In this document: piece after piece, positions 60,876 through 64,000 of the stretch
Position numbering within the stretch: the stretch's first letter is position 1
Layout of the letters: every line of letters begins with the position of its first letter
From: Mobula hypostoma
Lineage: Eukaryota
Direction: 5' to 3'
DNA length: 64,000 nt
NCBI RefSeq assembly: GCF_963921235.1
Contig: NC_086100.1
Span: 49,352,001 to 49,416,000 of the forward strand
The notes under the pieces: generated by a model
Seen by the model: the letters and a program-made list of their open reading frames with translations, nothing else
Told to the model about the DNA's origin: nothing
Database searches by the model: none
Made by a program: the position numbers and the translations under genes

Positions 60876-61072
60876 TTAATTTAGAGGAAACTTAAATTAT
60901 GAAAATAATAAACTGTGGTATATTTTGTAAATATTGTGGATGTAAATAGCAGAAAGTAAGAACAGGGACCAAGCCATGTTCTCTGTCCAACTTTGTAGGG
61001 TAATGGTGTTGTCCAAGGCTTAATAAGATTTAAGTTATTGGCATGAACTTTGCTGTTTTTTCCCTTCATGCA

Positions 61073-62628
61073 CAGCACGTATAAAAAGTATTCACTGCCC
61101 TCGGAAGGTTTCATGTTTTATTGTTTTGCAATATTTAATCAGAGTGGATTTAATTTGGCTTTTTTTGACAATCATCAATAGAAAAAGACTTGTGTCAGTG
61201 AAAATAGATCTCTACAAAGTGATCTAAATTAATTACAAATATTAAAAAAAATTGATTGCACAAGTATTCACCCCCTCTGATATAACACACCAAATCATCA
61301 CTGTTGCAGCCAATTGGTTTTAGAAGTCACATAATTAGTTAAATCGAGATCACCTGTGTGCCATCAAGGTGTTTCAATTGATTGTAGTAAAAATACACCT
61401 GTATCTGGAAGGTCCAACTACTGATGAATCAGTATCCTGACAAAAACTACACCAGGAAGACACAAAAGCACTTCCCCTAAAAGGTTATTGAAAAGCACAA
61501 GTCAGGAGATGGACATAAGGACATTTCCAAGTCACTGAATATTCCTTGGACAACAGGTAAGTCAATCATCAAGAAATGGAAAGAAAATCTGGTAGCGCAG
61601 GCCATCTTCAAAAACTGAGTGACCGTACAAGAAAGGGACTAGCGAGGGAGGCTACCAAGAGATGTATGACAACACTGGAGGAATTACAAGCTTCAGTGGC
61701 TGAGATGGGAGAGACTGTATACAACAGTTGGCCCAGGTGCTTCACCAGTCACAGCTTTATGGGAGAATGGCAAAGAGAAAGCTACTGTTGAAAAAAAAAC
61801 ACGCATATTAAATCTTGGCTAGAGTTTGCCAGAAGGCATATGGGAGACTGAAGTCAGCCGGAAAAAGGTTTATGGTCTGATGAAACCAAAATGGAGCTTT
61901 TTGGCCATCACACCAAATGCTATGTTTGGCATAAGCATCAAAAACATACCATCCCTACTGTGAAGTGTGGTGATGCATCATGCTGTGGGGGTGCTTCACT
62001 GTAGCAGGCCCTGGAAGGCTTGTGAAGGTAAAGAGTAAAATGAATGCAGCAAAATACAAGGAAATCCTGATGCAGTCTGCAAGAGAACTGCAACTTGGGA
62101 GAAGATTTGATTTGCAGCAAGATAATGACCCCAAGCATAAATCCAAAGCTACACAGGGGTGGCTTAAAAATGACAAAGTTAATGTCCTGGAATGGCCAGG
62201 TCAGCGTCCGGACCTCAAAAATCCAATTGAGAATTTGTGGCTGGACTTGAAAAAGGCTGTTCACTCAAATCCCATGCAATCTGACAGAACTTGAGCAGTT
62301 TTGTAAAGAAAAATGGGGGTGGGGGGGGGGGAATATCAGTGTCCAAATGTTCAAAGCTGGTCGAAACCTATCCACACAGATTCAGGGCTGGAATTACTAC
62401 CAAAGGTGCATCTACTAAATGGTGACTTGAATGGGTGAGTAATTATGCAATCAAATATTTTGTTTAATGACTGTAATAAATTTAGACCAATTTGTACAAA
62501 TTTGTTTTCACTGTCACAAGAGTCATTGCTGTTGATCAGAAAAACCAATTCAAATCCACTGATTCCATGTTGTAAAACAATAAAACATTAAAACTTAAAA
62601 GGTGGGTGAATACTTTTTATAGGCACTG
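61073..62628 (+). mobile_element. Tc1 transposon, different family, degenerate, in an ACTL6A intron
   Basis: MLWGCF...QQDNDPKHKSK...EWPGQRPDLKNPIENLW; TIR TATAAAAAGTATTCAC / GTGAATACTTTTTATAGGCACTG. Confidence 0.9.
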
Positions 62629-63300
62629 TAAATAGTTCCATTCCATCTGCAAGAAGGTGGCTGTCCTTCCCAATTACACCAATCTCTCCACATAAGCTTC
62701 AACATATAATTGATTGCATTTTTAGTCAATTTGTATTTAAATTATCTGCATTTTTATTTGTAAATTTAAATCAACCTGCAGAAACATCACAAATTATCAA
62801 ATTGTAAATAATAATTTTCCAACTTTATCTTATTGTTTGTAAATAGTGTTGTACATAAAATTTTTAAACAATTATTAGAGTACCTAATGCTTAAGTGAGT
62901 CTTTCTGCAATGTTTAATGTAAAAAGTTTATGATTGTACCTAAAATAAAGCAAAATAATTGATTCCCTGACTACAGAGTCAGGATCAGTAGGGATGTGCC
63001 CAAACTTGATGTGGTGGTAATTTGCAATTGAAGTTTTTAAACAACCTTTGATACAAACCAGGAAGGATTCTTTGATCAGTTGTGGAAACTCTGGTTCCAG
63101 CGATCCTTCAGAGGGCGCTGTACTGAAATATCTTTCTAATCACAGTAAATTCTAGTATGAAGACCAAACCAAGTCCATGAGCTGTCATATTAGTCTTCGC
63201 TGATCCAAAATCCAGGTCATTTTCTACAAATTGAAATAATGCCAAACATGCAACATAAAAAAGGGAAAATGTACAGAAAATGTATGCAACTGATACTCAC

Positions 63301-63396
63301 AGGTGGAGTTTTCTGGGAAAGCTCTCTATTCAACCGGTCAGTAAAACTTTGTATCAATGTATTTCCACCTGCTGCAATCACACTCCCATACAACCC
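63301..63396 (-). CDS. ACTL6A: ACTL6A third-to-last exon; the gene continues beyond the right edge
   Basis: [32 protein letters not shown]; 96 nt; ttaaag acceptor, GTGAGT donor. Confidence 0.96.
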
Positions 63397-63762
63397 CTTT
63401 AAAACAAAATGCCCAAAACAGCAGTTAGACATTAAGATATTTATTGCAGTCATTTTCCACTATATGAACAATACAGGTTCCTCATTGTATATAAACAGGC
63501 TAAAATCCAAATATACTGTAAATGTAATGATTATCCTTCATAAGCCTCAGTTTTTGACTGGAAATCCACACAACTCTTCATATACCCTGCCTTGAAAAAT
63601 TATTAAATCACAACTACCTTCACATTTTACAGTCATTTCCTAAATTTAAAAATCTATTGAAGTAAGATTTTCTGAGCAAGTCTACAAAACATTGTGTTTC
63701 ACATCAAATCAAAAGAAAAATTACAAATCCTGTCAATAATTTACTGAACATTAAAAACCAAC

Positions 63763-64000
63763 ATTGAGGATGAAAAAGTTTTCATCCTCTCTAACTACTA
63801 TGACTATTTTCCTCAGGTGTAATATACAGTATTACATTACTAAGACAGCCAATTTGTTGATGTAGAAAATTGGAGGATCACAATTTTAATGAATTCATAA
63901 CAATAAATACCACCCCACCTTTAAGTTCCAATGGTATGGTAAATTTCAATAGACCAAACCAAAATGAAGACAGAAGACCATAGAAGACAAGTCAGGGAAA
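63763..64000 (+). mobile_element. start of a Tc1 copy of the 12436-14783 family
   Basis: TGAAAAAGTTTTCATCC...TTCCTCAGGTGTAATAT...CCAATTTGTTGATGTAGA matches 12444-12550. Confidence 0.75.

Noticed and set aside
63000-63220. Possible intronic snoRNA in ACTL6A
   Set aside because: Only one short hairpin (GAAGAC...GTCTTC); no convincing C/D or H/ACA box arrangement.

Overview
Eukaryotic, repeat-rich vertebrate DNA, most likely a cartilaginous fish (shark or ray), judged from the mix of CR1, Rex1/Babar, Tc1, Tigger and Penelope repeats; species not determined. I assembled four host genes exon by exon, in the conserved vertebrate order: USP13 (first coding exon only, - strand), NDUFB5 (complete, 6 exons, 185 aa, - strand), MRPL47 (complete, 7 exons, 243 aa, + strand, head-to-head with NDUFB5 across 338 bp) and ACTL6A (last 3 exons, - strand, tail-to-tail with MRPL47). 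Most long ORFs in the track are transposon remnants, often nested. The most unusual signal is a family of Penelope-like (RT + GIY-YIG) retroelements carrying minimal hammerhead ribozymes. At least four insertions share one architecture: a tail-less arm, an inverted arm with a ~34-nt tail, and a target-site duplication. The largest is a ~3-kb near-perfect palindrome in MRPL47 intron 1 whose 58-nt loop encodes the RT catalytic YIDD motif. Family names and motif calls come from reading the sequence and from memory, not from database searches.
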